DNA of 64,000 nucleotides from an uncultured Clostridium sp. (GTDB lineage Bacteria; Bacillota; Clostridia; TANB77; CAG-508), in assembly GCA_947641575.1 (NCBI GenBank), contig CANRQN010000001.1, positions 46,380 to 110,379 on the forward strand, given 5' to 3'. Shown here in pieces: positions 1 to 10,099 of the stretch (its first letter is position 1; every line of letters starts with the position of its first letter). The position numbers and the translations under genes were made by a program. The notes under the pieces are model-generated. The model had not been told where the DNA came from. It ran no database searches and was given only the letters and a program-made list of their open reading frames with translations.

Positions 1-1177
1 TGCTGTTTTTCTGATATAAAAATTTCTCATTTCTATTGGATTATGCAATAAGTAATCTAATCTTTTATTAATACCTTCTTTATATGTATTCTTTGAGGTT
101 TCTGCGTCTGTATAATATGCACTTGATGCACGATAAATATTATACCATCCTGAGCCCGCTTCTGTTTCACTCATTCCCATGTATAAATAACCTATAGGCG
201 GAAAACTCTCTCTTCTACTAAAGTTACATTTATTTATATAATAATTTTTTATAAGTGCTCCTGGTAATATTGAAAGTACGATAAATCCAATTATTACTAC
301 TACATTAATTATTGTTTTCTTTAATTTTATTTTTTTATTTATAATATCTAAAAATAAGTATATTACTACAGCTATTATGAATATTAATATATTCATTCGT
401 AACATATATGCAAGTGCCATACATATTGCAGAAAATAAAGCATATTTAATTTTTTCTGAGCTTACATATTTCATTATAAAATATACTGAAAGTAATGCAA
501 AAGCTAGACTTGATATATCTCCATATACATACACTACTAATGCTGAAATTGATATAAATGTTAATGTCATAAATATTCCTAAATATTTGTTTACATTATA
601 TTTTTTTGAAATCTCTTTGCATATTAAATGTATAGCTATAATTGTTATCCCATTACATACAGCATTCATATATTCTATTATTACAAAGTTTGTACTTCCA
701 ACTATTCTAAATAAAATGCTCCATATAAATGCTAATGTAAATTGTTGACTATAACATTCCATATATATATAATTTGGTAGTTTTACTCCATATGTTGTAC
801 CATTTTCTATTATTTCGTTTAAAGTTCCTTCTGTCATTCCGAACAGCTACTTGGTATACCGTCTTTTGATCTACAGCAGGGCATGCATTTCTACAATTAA
901 CCCATAATATTTGGAGTACTATATAGATTATTATTATTGCTCCTAGTATTACATATTTCCCTTTTATTTTGGCACATTTAAATTTTAAAATTTTACATAT
1001 ATTATATATTGTAAATGCTATAATAGCAGTTCCTGCCAAATATGCAATAGTATTTACCTCTATTGTTATTATTTCTTTACTTGATAGATATGAAGTATAA
1101 AATAAATTTAATACAAGTACTGCCCCTAATAATATGATTCCAATTATACTAATTATATTCTTTAGTAATTTATTCAT
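1..1177 (-). CDS. Polytopic membrane protein (GT-C/PMT_2-like glycosyltransferase or O-antigen-ligase-like). The start is at 1177 and the 3' end runs off the window. The reading frame breaks near 840.
   Basis: Minus-strand translation runs from 1177 to position 1 and is continuous apart from one frame change. Deleting one C at 'gttCggaatg' (minus strand, about 836-845) joins ORF 749..1177 to an open frame that extends to the window edge. The product is highly hydrophobic and multi-TM. The plus-strand ORF 377..748 is antisense noise. Confidence 0.5.
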
Positions 1178-1179
1178 TT

Positions 1180-1860
1180 TTACTTTTCCTTTATATTTCT
1201 TTTATTTGCGATATATACTGTATATGTTATTACTGCTCCAATAACTCCTGTAATTATTTGTACTAATCCCATAGAATTTTGTAAGTTTTGTACTAATTTT
1301 TCTGGAAATATTCCAAATGCATTAATTAAGTTAAATCCTAAGAATATTATACCTACTTTTACTGCTATAGATATAGCACTTGTTACAAAGTAGTTTACTT
1401 TCTTTTTTAGTAATAAAACTTTATATAAATATACTAAAGCAAAGTTTCCAATCCATATTGCAGGTATCATATATATCATGTATACCGATGCTGTTTTAAA
1501 TACATATCCTCCAAGTATTGCAGAAATGCTTGGAAGTGTTATTATGCTTACAATTTTCTTCCATCCTTTTACATTTATTGCAGTTACTATTAATGCTGTA
1601 TTAACAATTGTTCCTACTATAATTTGTGAATTTGATGTAATTATACTATTTTGTCCAAAAACTATTGTTAATAGTTTAGCTAAAAATGTTGGCACTAGTA
1701 ATGCTGCTATTCCTATTAATATAATTTGTAAAGCTTCTATTCCTTTTGAATAATCTTTCATTGTTTTTTCTAATATGTTTTCTTTCTCCATTATTCTTTC
1801 ATCCTTTCTTTTATTTATATACATTCTAATTTTCTTTTGTAGAACCACTTTGCAAAACAC
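1180..1860 (-). CDS. Integral membrane protein (ECF-transporter S-component/BioY-like fold?). The probable start is the internal Met near 1791.
   Basis: A 226-aa ORF with five or six predicted TM helices. The N-terminal 23 aa are basic and low-complexity, and an internal 'MEKENILEK' is a better start. Confidence 0.45.
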   Translation of the reverse strand: MFCKVVLQKKIRMYINKRKDERIMEKENILEKTMKDYSKGIEALQIILIGIAALLVPTFLAKLLTIVFGQNSIITSNSQIIVGTIVNTALIVTAINVKGWKKIVSIITLPSISAILGGYVFKTASVYMIYMIPAIWIGNFALVYLYKVLLLKKKVNYFVTSAISIAVKVGIIFLGFNLINAFGIFPEKLVQNLQNSMGLVQIITGVIGAVITYTVYIANKRNIKEK

Positions 1861-1861
1861 C

Positions 1862-3431
1862 TTATGTTTTTTTCAAATTCTTATTTCCAGTTCTTACAAC
1901 CTTTAGCATTGGGTTGTAACTATCTTCTGATAATACATCTTTTGATATTACTCTTCCGTTTTTCTTCACTATTTTATATGCTTTTGATTTTACTCCATTT
2001 GCTCCATTAGTTTGAATTACTTCTTGACCTTCCATAAGTGAACTGTCATATACATATTTAGTGTTTGGTGGTGTTATATCTATTGTCTCACTTACAAGTT
2101 CTATTTCTACTTCATTTTCTTCATATATTCCTTTTATTTCCATCTCTAGTATTCCGTTCGTTGCTTTTGCTCCTATTCTTATTGCATATTTTCTAGAATT
2201 TGAAAATTTAAAGTCTCTTGATCCATATGATATTGTTGCATCTAAACTTGGGTCTAAGTACGAAACTATCATTGAATGGTTATATCTTTCATCTATCTTT
2301 AAATTTGCATAAAGCACTGTATTATATAATGTACTAGATACTTGGCAAATTCCTCCACCATAGTTTTCTACAAGCTCTCCTGCTGAATATGCACCTGCTA
2401 GTTTGTATCCTTTTGATGCTGTTGTTGGTCCTACAATACTATTAAACGAAAATCTTTCTCCTGGCATTAGTATTTTACCATCTATTGCCTTTGCTGCTAA
2501 ATCAATATTTGTTGCTCTGTTTGTGTTACTTGCATCATATCTTGTTGAGAAGCTTGCAAGCTTATCTGGGAATGCATCTTCTCCAAGCATACTCGTTGTT
2601 ATCCCTGGCTCTATTATTTTAAGCGGAATTACATATTCTTCTTTTTCTTCTTCTATAATTTGTTTCGCTTCTTCCATACTCACTCCAAAATCTATTCCTT
2701 TTGAGTGAACTACTAATTTTTGTGTACTTTTATTATATGATGCATCTTTTGCTTCTTTATATATTTCTTTTTGAATTTTCTCTAAGTCTATATTACTTGG
2801 CTCTTTTGTTATGACTGGTATTTCTATTTGTTTTATTTCTTTTCCTTCTATTTTTTCATAAGCAAGTTTTATTATTTCTTCTTTAAGTTTGTCTTCATCT
2901 ATTACTTTTCCTTGTTTGCCTCTAACAATTACTAATTTTTCTCCATCTATATAGTAACTATTATCTATAAATTTTTCTCCCCATTCTTCATCTAAAGTAC
3001 TAAATATACTTTTTATTATTTCTTCATTAAATCTCAGATTTAATCCTAAATCTTCTCCCTTTATAAGTACTTCTAGGATTTTGTAGTTATTTAGAATTAT
3101 ATTGTCTTTTCTACCTATTGTACATGCTTCATATATTTTTTCTGATATATCTGTTTTTAATTCTATTTGTTTAAGTGTAATTGTTTTCTCATATTCTTCA
3201 TGTTTTAATATTATTTCATCTTCCATTATATTTTCAATAATTTTTTCAAATTTCATATCTGCTTCGCTCTGAGTTAATCCTGAAACTTTTATATTGTTTA
3301 TTTTTACATGATTTATAATATTTGAATTTGTTGAAAATATAAGTGCAAATATAGTTGAAAAAATGCCGTATGAAAAGTAAAATGATTCCTAAATAAATTA
3401 TTGGTATTAGTTTTCTATTTCTTCTTTTTCT
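1862..3431 (-). CDS. VanW-family protein with a C-terminal G5 domain. The N-terminal TM segment is joined by removing one C near 3368-3372.
   Basis: The VanW signature 'ENYGGGICQVSSTLYNTVLYANLKIDERYNHS' is present, with a G5-like C-terminus. ORF 3246..3446 encodes the signal/TM segment and fuses in frame if the C in minus-strand 'ataCggcat' is deleted. Confidence 0.75.
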
Positions 3432-3701
3432 CATGTTTTTCTCCATTTCTATCTTTTTTACCTATAGTACATAATTATATATTAGCATAAACTTGTCTTC
3501 TTTACAATATTATTTATTCCGATTAATTTAAAATATTCATTTTTTCATATTTACTGCTAGACAAACTTTGTTTTTTTATGTATAATATTATCAGATTTTA
3601 TTGAAAGAGGAAATGTAATATATCTTTCATTCTCTCAATTAATTTAGAGAATTTTTACTAATTTATTTATTAGAGCACAACTTGCTCGAATGGAGGTTTT
3701 T

Positions 3702-4274
3702 ATGATAGGCAATATGCTTGCAAAGGCAAGAAAAGATAAAGGTATGACAAAAACTGACCTTGCTAACTTGACTGACATTAATATTGGACATTTAACACAC
3801 ATTGAAAAGGGAGAAAGAAATCCTAGTCACAAGGCTTTAAAATCAATTTGTAAGGCTTTAAATATTCCTCACCAACCTTTGATGTTTACTTATGATAAAG
3901 AAATAGATGAAGAGCAAGCTCTTTATAATGTTACTGATTGTATTTCTTATAACAAAGTCTTAGCAGTTGATAAAATAGGAGGTTTTGTTGATTGTCCACC
4001 CAAAATACCAAGTGCAGCTATTGCTATAAAAGTGCCTGATAATTCTATGGAACCTACTTTTGCTAAGAATAGTTATGTTTTTGTTGAGCTTAATGTCCCA
4101 CTTAGTTCAAAGGATTATGGTATTTTTGAGCTTAACAATTCTATCATAATTAGAAAATTTTTCTCAAAAAAAGGTAAGATTTCTTTGAAGGCAGATAATA
4201 AAGAAATAGAGGAAATTAAGGTGTCTTCAGATGATAATTTCTGTATAATTGGAAAAGTATATAAAAATAAATAG
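3702..4274 (+). CDS. LexA-like repressor: XRE-type HTH plus S24 peptidase domain
   Basis: The N-terminal HTH is 'MTKTDLANLTDINIGHLTHIEKGERNPS'. The C-terminal S24 fold has Ser in 'PDNSMEPTF' and Lys in 'KISLKADNKE'. A GGAGG RBS lies 7 nt upstream of the ATG at 3702. Confidence 0.75.
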   Translation: MIGNMLAKARKDKGMTKTDLANLTDINIGHLTHIEKGERNPSHKALKSICKALNIPHQPLMFTYDKEIDEEQALYNVTDCISYNKVLAVDKIGGFVDCPPKIPSAAIAIKVPDNSMEPTFAKNSYVFVELNVPLSSKDYGIFELNNSIIIRKFFSKKGKISLKADNKEIEEIKVSSDDNFCIIGKVYKNK

Positions 4275-4357
4275 TTTTTTTGTAAAAAAAGCTTGAATAA
4301 TATTTTATTTAATATTATAATAGTAACACAAAAGATAAAATAAATAGGAGATTTATA

Positions 4358-4822
4358 ATGGAATTAACAAAGAATATATTTTTTAATACTGATAAGTTAG
4401 TTGCAAATACAACTGTTAAAATATCTTATACTGGCAGTTTATTTCAAGGAAATGCAAAAGAAGTTTTTATTCACTATGGTTTTGGTGAAAACTGGGATAA
4501 TCTAAATGATGTAAAAATGGAAAAAACAGATCTTGGTTTTCAAGCTGAAATACTTTTAGATGATTCTGCTTCTTTCAATTTCTGTTTTTATGATGAGAAT
4601 GGAAATTGGGATAATAATAACTCTCAAAACTATTCTTTTACTATTGAAGAATTACCAACTGCCTTAGTTTTGCAAGAGGATTTAAGTTTAGATGGTAAAC
4701 CTAGACTAAGACGTGCTTATATTTGGAGTAAAAAGATTAGACTTGCTGTTTATAAAATAATTACTTATCTTCCTAAGCTTATTTCTGGAAACTACAAACG
4801 TAAAATAAATAATAATGATTAG
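4358..4822 (+). CDS. Cytoplasmic protein with a CBM25/CBM26-like (starch-binding-module-like) domain
   Basis: The pattern 'IHYGFGENWDN...FYDENGNWDNNNSQNYSF' resembles starch-binding modules. There is no signal peptide. Confidence 0.35.
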   Translation: MELTKNIFFNTDKLVANTTVKISYTGSLFQGNAKEVFIHYGFGENWDNLNDVKMEKTDLGFQAEILLDDSASFNFCFYDENGNWDNNNSQNYSFTIEELPTALVLQEDLSLDGKPRLRRAYIWSKKIRLAVYKIITYLPKLISGNYKRKINNND

Positions 4823-4854
4823 TATTAAAAAAGGCAACTTTTCAGTTGCCTTTT

Positions 4855-5181
4855 TTAATATTCTTCTATTTTCTTTCCAAATATTGATTTTGCAATTGTT
4901 CCTATTACTGGAAGTTCTGGTTCATCATCATTACACGCCTTTATGATTCCAAATACTATACAAAGTATATATATTACAGATAGCGCTGTTCCAAGAAATG
5001 GTATATATAGTGGTATAAATCTATATATTGCTGTTAGTATCATATAACCAAATCCTATTACTATTGCTTGTGCGGCATGATATTTTGTATTTCTCTCACA
5101 GTCTTTCACTCCATATAATACTATAATTCCTCCTAGCCAGCTAAATATGTATGCTAATATACATTTCGCTTTTTCTGTCAT
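4855..5181 (-). CDS. Small integral membrane protein (DUF4870-like)
   Basis: A 108-aa protein with three TM helices and an 'AYIFSWLGGIIVLY' motif. A terminator-like A/T-rich hairpin follows. Confidence 0.5.
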   Translation of the reverse strand: MTEKAKCILAYIFSWLGGIIVLYGVKDCERNTKYHAAQAIVIGFGYMILTAIYRFIPLYIPFLGTALSVIYILCIVFGIIKACNDDEPELPVIGTIAKSIFGKKIEEY

Positions 5182-5282
5182 TTTTATTTCCTCCTCTTTT
5201 TCTATTTTTATTTAATCTTTCTTATGTTTACTTTATATTATTATATTTTAGTTATACAAAAATGTAAACACTTTTTAAAAAT

Positions 5283-6011
5283 TTAATCTATCCAACCTCC
5301 ATCTACTTTTATAACTTCTCCTGTTATGTATTCATTGCTAATTAGCATATATACACTATTTGCAATATCCTCTGGTATTCCCATTCTTTTTAGTGGTATT
5401 TCTTTTTCTAATTCTTCTATATCTTCTTTACTTAAGTTTTTATTCATTTCTGTATCAATAGCTCCTGGAGCTATTACATTTACTCTTATATTTGATGGTC
5501 CCATTTCTTTGGCAAGAGCTTTTGTCATTCCTATTATGCCTGCTTTTGCAGCTGAATAGTGTACTTCACATGATCCTCCTGTTATCCCCCATACAGATGA
5601 TATATTTATTATGCACCCAGATTTATTGTGAAGCATATTTTTTATAGTCTCTTGTGTCATATAAAAAACTGATTTTAAATTTATATTTAGCATACTATCT
5701 ATGTCTTCGTCTGTTAAATCTGTAAATAGTTTTACCTGTGATATTCCTGCATTATTTATAAGTATATCGATTTTTTCGTATTTTTTTAAAACAAATTCTA
5801 TCATTTGTTTTACTTCTTCTCTTTTACTTACATCTGCTTTGAATATATCAATTTCTATTCCTTCTTTTTGTAATTCTTCCTTTAAGCTTATTGCCTGCTT
5901 TTCTGATTTATTATAGTTTGCAATTACTTTTATATTTTCTCTTGCAAGTTTTTTTGCACATTCTCTTCCGATTCCTCTTGATGCTCCTGTTATTATCGCA
6001 ACTTTTTGCAT
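5283..6011 (-). CDS. SDR-family oxidoreductase (FabG-like 3-oxoacyl-ACP reductase)
   Basis: It has the 'TGASRGIG' Rossmann motif, 'NNAG', and an S...YxxxK catalytic triad (YSAAK). Its paralog lies at 34377..35106. Confidence 0.85.
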   Translation of the reverse strand: MQKVAIITGASRGIGRECAKKLARENIKVIANYNKSEKQAISLKEELQKEGIEIDIFKADVSKREEVKQMIEFVLKKYEKIDILINNAGISQVKLFTDLTDEDIDSMLNINLKSVFYMTQETIKNMLHNKSGCIINISSVWGITGGSCEVHYSAAKAGIIGMTKALAKEMGPSNIRVNVIAPGAIDTEMNKNLSKEDIEELEKEIPLKRMGIPEDIANSVYMLISNEYITGEVIKVDGGWID

Positions 6012-6074
6012 ATCTTCCTCCTAAAATATTTGACAATTTCTATAAATCTGTGTATAATATAGATAGAAAATGAG

Positions 6075-6092
6075 AAACCACAAACGTGGTTT
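6075..6092 (-). terminator. Stem-loop (aaaccac-aaac-gtggttt). This is a putative terminator for the small minus-strand peptide gene.
   Basis: A perfect 7-bp stem that is followed on the minus strand by a U-rich stretch. A second hairpin lies at 6107-6138 (cacatctg...cagatgtg). Confidence 0.35.
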
Positions 6093-6156
6093 GCCAGATA
6101 AATGTTTAGGCACATCTGACTGGTCAAAGTTACAGATGTGTCTATTTTTTATTGGT

Positions 6157-6279
6157 TTATTCGCTATTACTCAAAATTACTGCTAATGCTATAATTAAGG
6201 CAATTGCTATGATAGTCATTCCTACAAGTCCATAAAACAATATGTATATTACTGTCACTAAATATTCTGCATCTATCAT
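6157..6279 (-). CDS. 40-aa hydrophobic peptide (MIDAEYLVTVIYILFYGLVGMTIIAIALIIALAVILSNSE). It may be a small membrane protein or a type-I-toxin-like peptide.
   Basis: It is not in the ORF track because it is below 60 aa. It has a strong RBS (GGAGGTGGGG) 6 nt upstream of the ATG, a single TM helix, and terminator hairpins downstream. Confidence 0.3.
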   Translation of the reverse strand: MIDAEYLVTVIYILFYGLVGMTIIAIALIIALAVILSNSE

Positions 6280-6706
6280 AAGCCCCACCTCCTTACTGGA
6301 GGCAAACTACATCTGCTTATCTTATTTTCTATGTTAACTAGTATATTATATTTCTATCAATTTGTCTAGTATTTTAGAACAAATTTTTGCAGAATAAGTA
6401 ACTATTCAGAGGTAGGACTAGAATGCTAAATTGAAACAGTAAAGAAAAGGAGCGACGTCCCGTCGTCTGTACTACTAAGGCTTTGCTATATTTAAATTTA
6501 TAATCTAAGAAAATCCTTCGAAGAGCCAAAGAAGTTTATTCTCTGTGGTTCTGCGGTCGATTAGAAATCTCCCCTACATCAGCACTCTATTGTTTTTATA
6601 TGATATTCTAGTAAATTACCTCTGAATTGTTACCAAGAATATATAAAAAAATTTTTTTAATTTTGCAACAAATACATATTATGCTACGTCATAATTAATA
6701 AAAGAG

Positions 6707-7216
6707 GTGAAAAACTTGGAAGATCTCTATAATGAATATTCAAAACTTGTATATAATTATCTAAATAGCTTATGTAGCAATCAATATCTTGCCGAAGAGT
6801 TAACTCAAGAGACATTTTATAAAGCCATTAAAGGAATAAATAAATTTAATAATGAGTGTAAAATCAGTACTTGGCTATGTAAAATTGCAAAAAATACTTG
6901 GATTGATTTTTTAAGAAAAGAGAAAAAAAAGGATTTTGTCTCTATTGATGATGAAAAATATTCTGAAGCTTTTTTGACTCAAAAATCTTTTGAAACTAAT
7001 GTAGAAGATAAAGATGATATTATTAATTTATATAAATATATACATAAGCTTGATGAAGATACAAGAGAAGTCTTTTATCTAAGGCTCAAAGGTGAACTTA
7101 GCTTTAAACATATAGGCGAGATTTTAGATAAATCAGAAGACTGGGCAAGGCTTGCTTTTTATAGAGGAAAAATTAAGTTAAAGGAGGTTATGAAAAATGA
7201 TGAAAAAGGAATGTGA
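6707..7216 (+). CDS. ECF (sigma-70 family group 4) RNA polymerase sigma factor
   Basis: Sigma-70 region 2 (EELTQETFYKAIKGINKF...) and region 4 (REVFYLRLKGELSFKHIGEIL) are present. The stop overlaps the start of the downstream anti-sigma gene. Confidence 0.8.
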   Translation: MKNLEDLYNEYSKLVYNYLNSLCSNQYLAEELTQETFYKAIKGINKFNNECKISTWLCKIAKNTWIDFLRKEKKKDFVSIDDEKYSEAFLTQKSFETNVEDKDDIINLYKYIHKLDEDTREVFYLRLKGELSFKHIGEILDKSEDWARLAFYRGKIKLKEVMKNDEKGM

Positions 7217-8133
7217 AATTATTAAAGATTTGTTACCTAATTATATTGAAAACCAGATAAATGACGCTACTAAAGATTTTGTAGAAGAGCATATTAAAAC
7301 TTGTAATGATTGTAAAGAAATGCTTGAATATCTTAATCGGCAAAAAAAATATCACCTCAGATACTAATGATAAGGATAAAAAAGAATTTGATCTTTTAAA
7401 GAAATATAATAGGAAATTGAAATCACTTAAAATAATCGCAATAATTCTTGCACTATTTCTTATATTTGCATGGAGTTTTAAAGGTATTCAATGTATATAC
7501 AGATATTATAACGGAAAGTATGCTTATGAAATTATAAGTAAGGTTTATGAAAGTACTAAAAATTTAAAAGACCAAGATAATTTCTACTTATCAAGCAAAA
7601 ACTCTTTTCATGAATATAACCTTTATTATAAAGATAAAAAATTTAAGTTAGTATCAAATGATTATGGAAATGTACAAGGTTCTAATATATATTATGGAAA
7701 AATAATTGGAGATACTACATTGTGCTTTGATTTTTCTGACGAAAATGGTAAATTAATAAATGGATTTGTTACAAAACTTGAATTTTCTTATCTAGATGTT
7801 CCGTTTGAAAATGTATTTTATCTTTTACATCAATTAAATGAAAAAAATTTAATAGAACTTGGAAAAATTAAAGTAAGTGAAGAAACCCGTTATGGCACAG
7901 AATATTATATATTAAGAGATTTCTCTAATAACGAAGGATTTGTATTAGAAATAAATAAACAAACTATGCTTGTTACAAAATGTATTAACCTTTCTGATAT
8001 TGGAATTGATAATTGTACGCATTATGAGTATAGTCCTGGAAAAGCTAAGGATATAGACCTAAAATTAGAAATAGAAAACTTGGATGAATATACTATTGAT
8101 GAAGAACTTAAACCTTATGTATATGATTTCTAG
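7198..8133 (+). CDS. Anti-sigma factor (N-terminal zf-HC2, a TM segment, an extracytoplasmic domain). The reading frame breaks at the 7338 'cgg' next to an A8 run.
   Basis: 'HIKTCNDCKEMLEYLN' is a zf-HC2 motif. Deleting the C at 7338 (aatCggcaaaaaaaa) fuses ORF 7198.. to ORF 7306..8133, which then continues ...NGKKNITSDTNDKDKK with a TM segment 'IIAIILALFLIFAW'. Confidence 0.65.
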
Positions 8134-8184
8134 TAATATTAATACACCTATATTAAATGATAGGTGTATTTTTGTAAGAACAAA

Positions 8185-8207
8185 TCTCGCTTCGCGAGAC
8201 CTTTTCT
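8185..8207 (+). terminator. Rho-independent terminator after the anti-sigma gene
   Basis: The structure is tctcgc-ttc-gcgaga followed by CCTTTTCT. Confidence 0.55.
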
Positions 8208-8394
8208 CTACTATTAATATTTCGCACTTCTAATTTAAGGTCTCAAAGAAGCGTAAAGATTTGTAGCGCGAAAAATTGCATTGCAATTTTTCTGTGCAAC
8301 GTATTTTTATATAATAGGAAGTTCGGAGAACTTTCCTATTATATTAAAAATAACACCTTCTAACAAGTCTTATGACAAGTCAAAAAGTGTTTAC

Positions 8395-8470
8395 TGGAGC
8401 CACTCACCCGATTCGAACGGGTGACCTACGCATTACAAGTGCGTCGCTCTACCACCTGAGCTAAATTGGC
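8395..8470 (-). tRNA. tRNA-Thr (anticodon UGU) with encoded CCA
   Basis: The reverse complement reads GCCAATTTAGCTCAGGTGGTAGAGCG-ACGCA-CTTGTAA-TGCGT-AGGTC-ACCCG-TTCGAAT-CGGGT-GAGTGGCT-CCA. It has canonical D- and T-loops, a 7-nt anticodon loop with TGT, and one A:G mismatch in the acceptor stem. Confidence 0.8.
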
Positions 8471-8714
8471 ACATCATTTATTTCAATATTAATAATGTCA
8501 AGGTGTATATTTATTATAGCAAACGTTTCTTTATATTTCAATACTTTTTGAAGATTTTAACAAAAAAATTATTATAAATTAAAAAGAATTAAAAAGGATT
8601 ATTTAAGTTTAAATTATATTACATTTCTGGGGAATTTGTGGGGAATTTTTTTATAAAATTCTCTACTATTTTTTATAGTTTTTTATAATTTTTTATTATA
8701 CTAGGAGGTAATTC

Positions 8715-9404
8715 ATGAATGAGGAAAATCAAATTAGTTATTATTCGGTTATACCAGCTACAGTTAGATATGATGAACAGTTAAAGCCTGCTGAAAAGCT
8801 GATTTACAGTGAAATAACATCTCTAACAAATAAATTTGGATATAGTTTTGCAACTAATAAATATTTTGCTAAACTGTATAATGTAACTACTCATACTGTA
8901 TCTCAATGGATTTCTCATTTAGATAAATTAGGATATATTCATATAGAACTAATCAAAAATGAGAATGGAGCAATAGATGAACGACGAATTTATATAAGAG
9001 ATACCCCCTATGTACAAAAAAATACATACCCCTGTGGATTTAAAAGTACATACCCTATGTATAAAAAAGTACAATATAATAATATAAAATATAATATAGA
9101 TGATGTATTTAATTTAATTATGAAAAATAGCACAGAAATTCAAAAAGATTTTTATTCTATTTTGGATCATTTAGAATTTCTTTATACACAAAATATTTTA
9201 AATATGATGAAACCTGATAAAATACAAATGCTGAAAGAAATCATATATGTTTTGTATGAGTTATTTAATAGTAATTTTGATTCTGTACTCTCAAAAGTGA
9301 GTAGAGAGTCTTTATTAAGTTTATATACATTAGCACAAGAAAATGGCACTGAAAACAAATTAGGCTATTTTAAGAAATCAATTATTAACAAATATGGGAG
9401 TTGA
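8715..9404 (+). CDS. HTH replication-initiator/replisome-organizer-like protein (DnaD / phage_rep_org_N-like). It is the first gene of the conjugative module.
   Basis: An N-terminal wHTH ('YSFATNKYFAKLYNVTTHTVSQWISHLDKLGYIHIE') is typical of Firmicute plasmid/phage Rep organizers. A GGAGG RBS precedes the start. Confidence 0.4.
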   Translation: MNEENQISYYSVIPATVRYDEQLKPAEKLIYSEITSLTNKFGYSFATNKYFAKLYNVTTHTVSQWISHLDKLGYIHIELIKNENGAIDERRIYIRDTPYVQKNTYPCGFKSTYPMYKKVQYNNIKYNIDDVFNLIMKNSTEIQKDFYSILDHLEFLYTQNILNMMKPDKIQMLKEIIYVLYELFNSNFDSVLSKVSRESLLSLYTLAQENGTENKLGYFKKSIINKYGS

Positions 9405-9657
9405 TTATATGCTGAATAATTATATAAATGATTTTGAAAATATTGCATCTAATATCTTTTTTGTAAGTTTTAAAGTAATATTGATTACACTTATATCACT
9501 ACTTATCTTTTCTTTAATTATGCTTGCAATAGGATGCTTAATCAAATCTCAAAAAATAAAATCTAAGTTTTTAATTATTGTACCAAGTCTATTATTAGGG
9601 AATATATTTTTCATCACACTACCCTATTTCTTGGTACATTTTAAAAATATTATTTAA
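9394..9657 (+). CDS. Small two-TM membrane protein (conjugation-module accessory)
   Basis: An 87-aa hydrophobic protein that overlaps the upstream gene. Confidence 0.4.
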   Translation: MGVDYMLNNYINDFENIASNIFFVSFKVILITLISLLIFSLIMLAIGCLIKSQKIKSKFLIIVPSLLLGNIFFITLPYFLVHFKNII

Positions 9658-9713
9658 AATATAGTGCTTCCAATACGATGCCCTTCAAAAAATCGTAAAA
9701 GGAGCTGAAAATT

Positions 9714-10083
9714 ATGAATTTAATTAAAAAAGTAAAAAAATTGCCTACAATGGCAACTACTACACTTGTTTTACTTGCAACTCATAACATAAGTTTTGCA
9801 AGTGGTATTGGAACGGCGGAAGTTCAAACTGCAACAGAAAATATAAAAAGGGTTATTACTTCTATCGCAATGCCTTTACGGAGGAGTTTTAATTTTTGCG
9901 AGTATTGTTGTTGCAGCTTTAAAAATGATTACAAATGCTAATAACCCTCAAAAACGTGCTGAAAGTATTGGTAGCTTAGCCTGGATTTGTGGCCGGTGGA
10001 GTAATACTTGGTGCATCTCTTATCATTGCAGGAATTATTATAAATATTGCAACGAATAATACAGGTAGCTTATTAGGTGGCTA
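9714..10083 (+). CDS. VirB2/TrbC-like pilin-like protein, broken twice by single extra C's
   Basis: It has a signal peptide followed by two hydrophobic helices, ...GGVLIFASIVVAALKMI... and ...GGVILGASLIIAGIIINIA.... Continuity is restored by deleting the C at about 9878 (tttaCggagg) and the C at about 9987 (tggcCggtgg). Confidence 0.45.
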
Positions 10084-10099
10084 GGAAAGGGGCAATTTT

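Noticed and set aside
377-748. Plus-strand 123-aa ORF
   Set aside because: It lies wholly inside and antisense to a long minus-strand membrane-protein reading frame that is open to the window edge. Its low-complexity composition is typical of an AT-rich antisense artefact.
868-872. A second single-C insertion at minus-strand 'aagaCggtat' in the 1..1177 gene
   Set aside because: Removing it creates an in-frame TAG. Only the 'gttCggaatg' site needs correction.
2061-2708. Plus-strand ORFs 2061..2312 and 2403..2708 inside VanW
   Set aside because: Antisense to a well-supported VanW gene. They are Ser/Ile/Phe-rich shadow ORFs.
5326-6073. Plus-strand ORFs 5326..5559, 5701..5916 and 5891..6073
   Set aside because: Antisense shadows of the SDR gene and its promoter region.
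6400-6600. Riboswitch, 6S RNA or SRP RNA in the relatively GC-rich intergenic stretch
   Set aside because: I could not match any family consensus by eye. It is reported only as an unexplained GC-richer non-coding segment.
8395-8470. tRNA-Thr as the ICE attachment site
   Set aside because: The conjugation module lies on the 5' side of the tRNA. No integrase and no direct repeat of the tRNA 3' end were found, so integration at this tRNA is unsupported.
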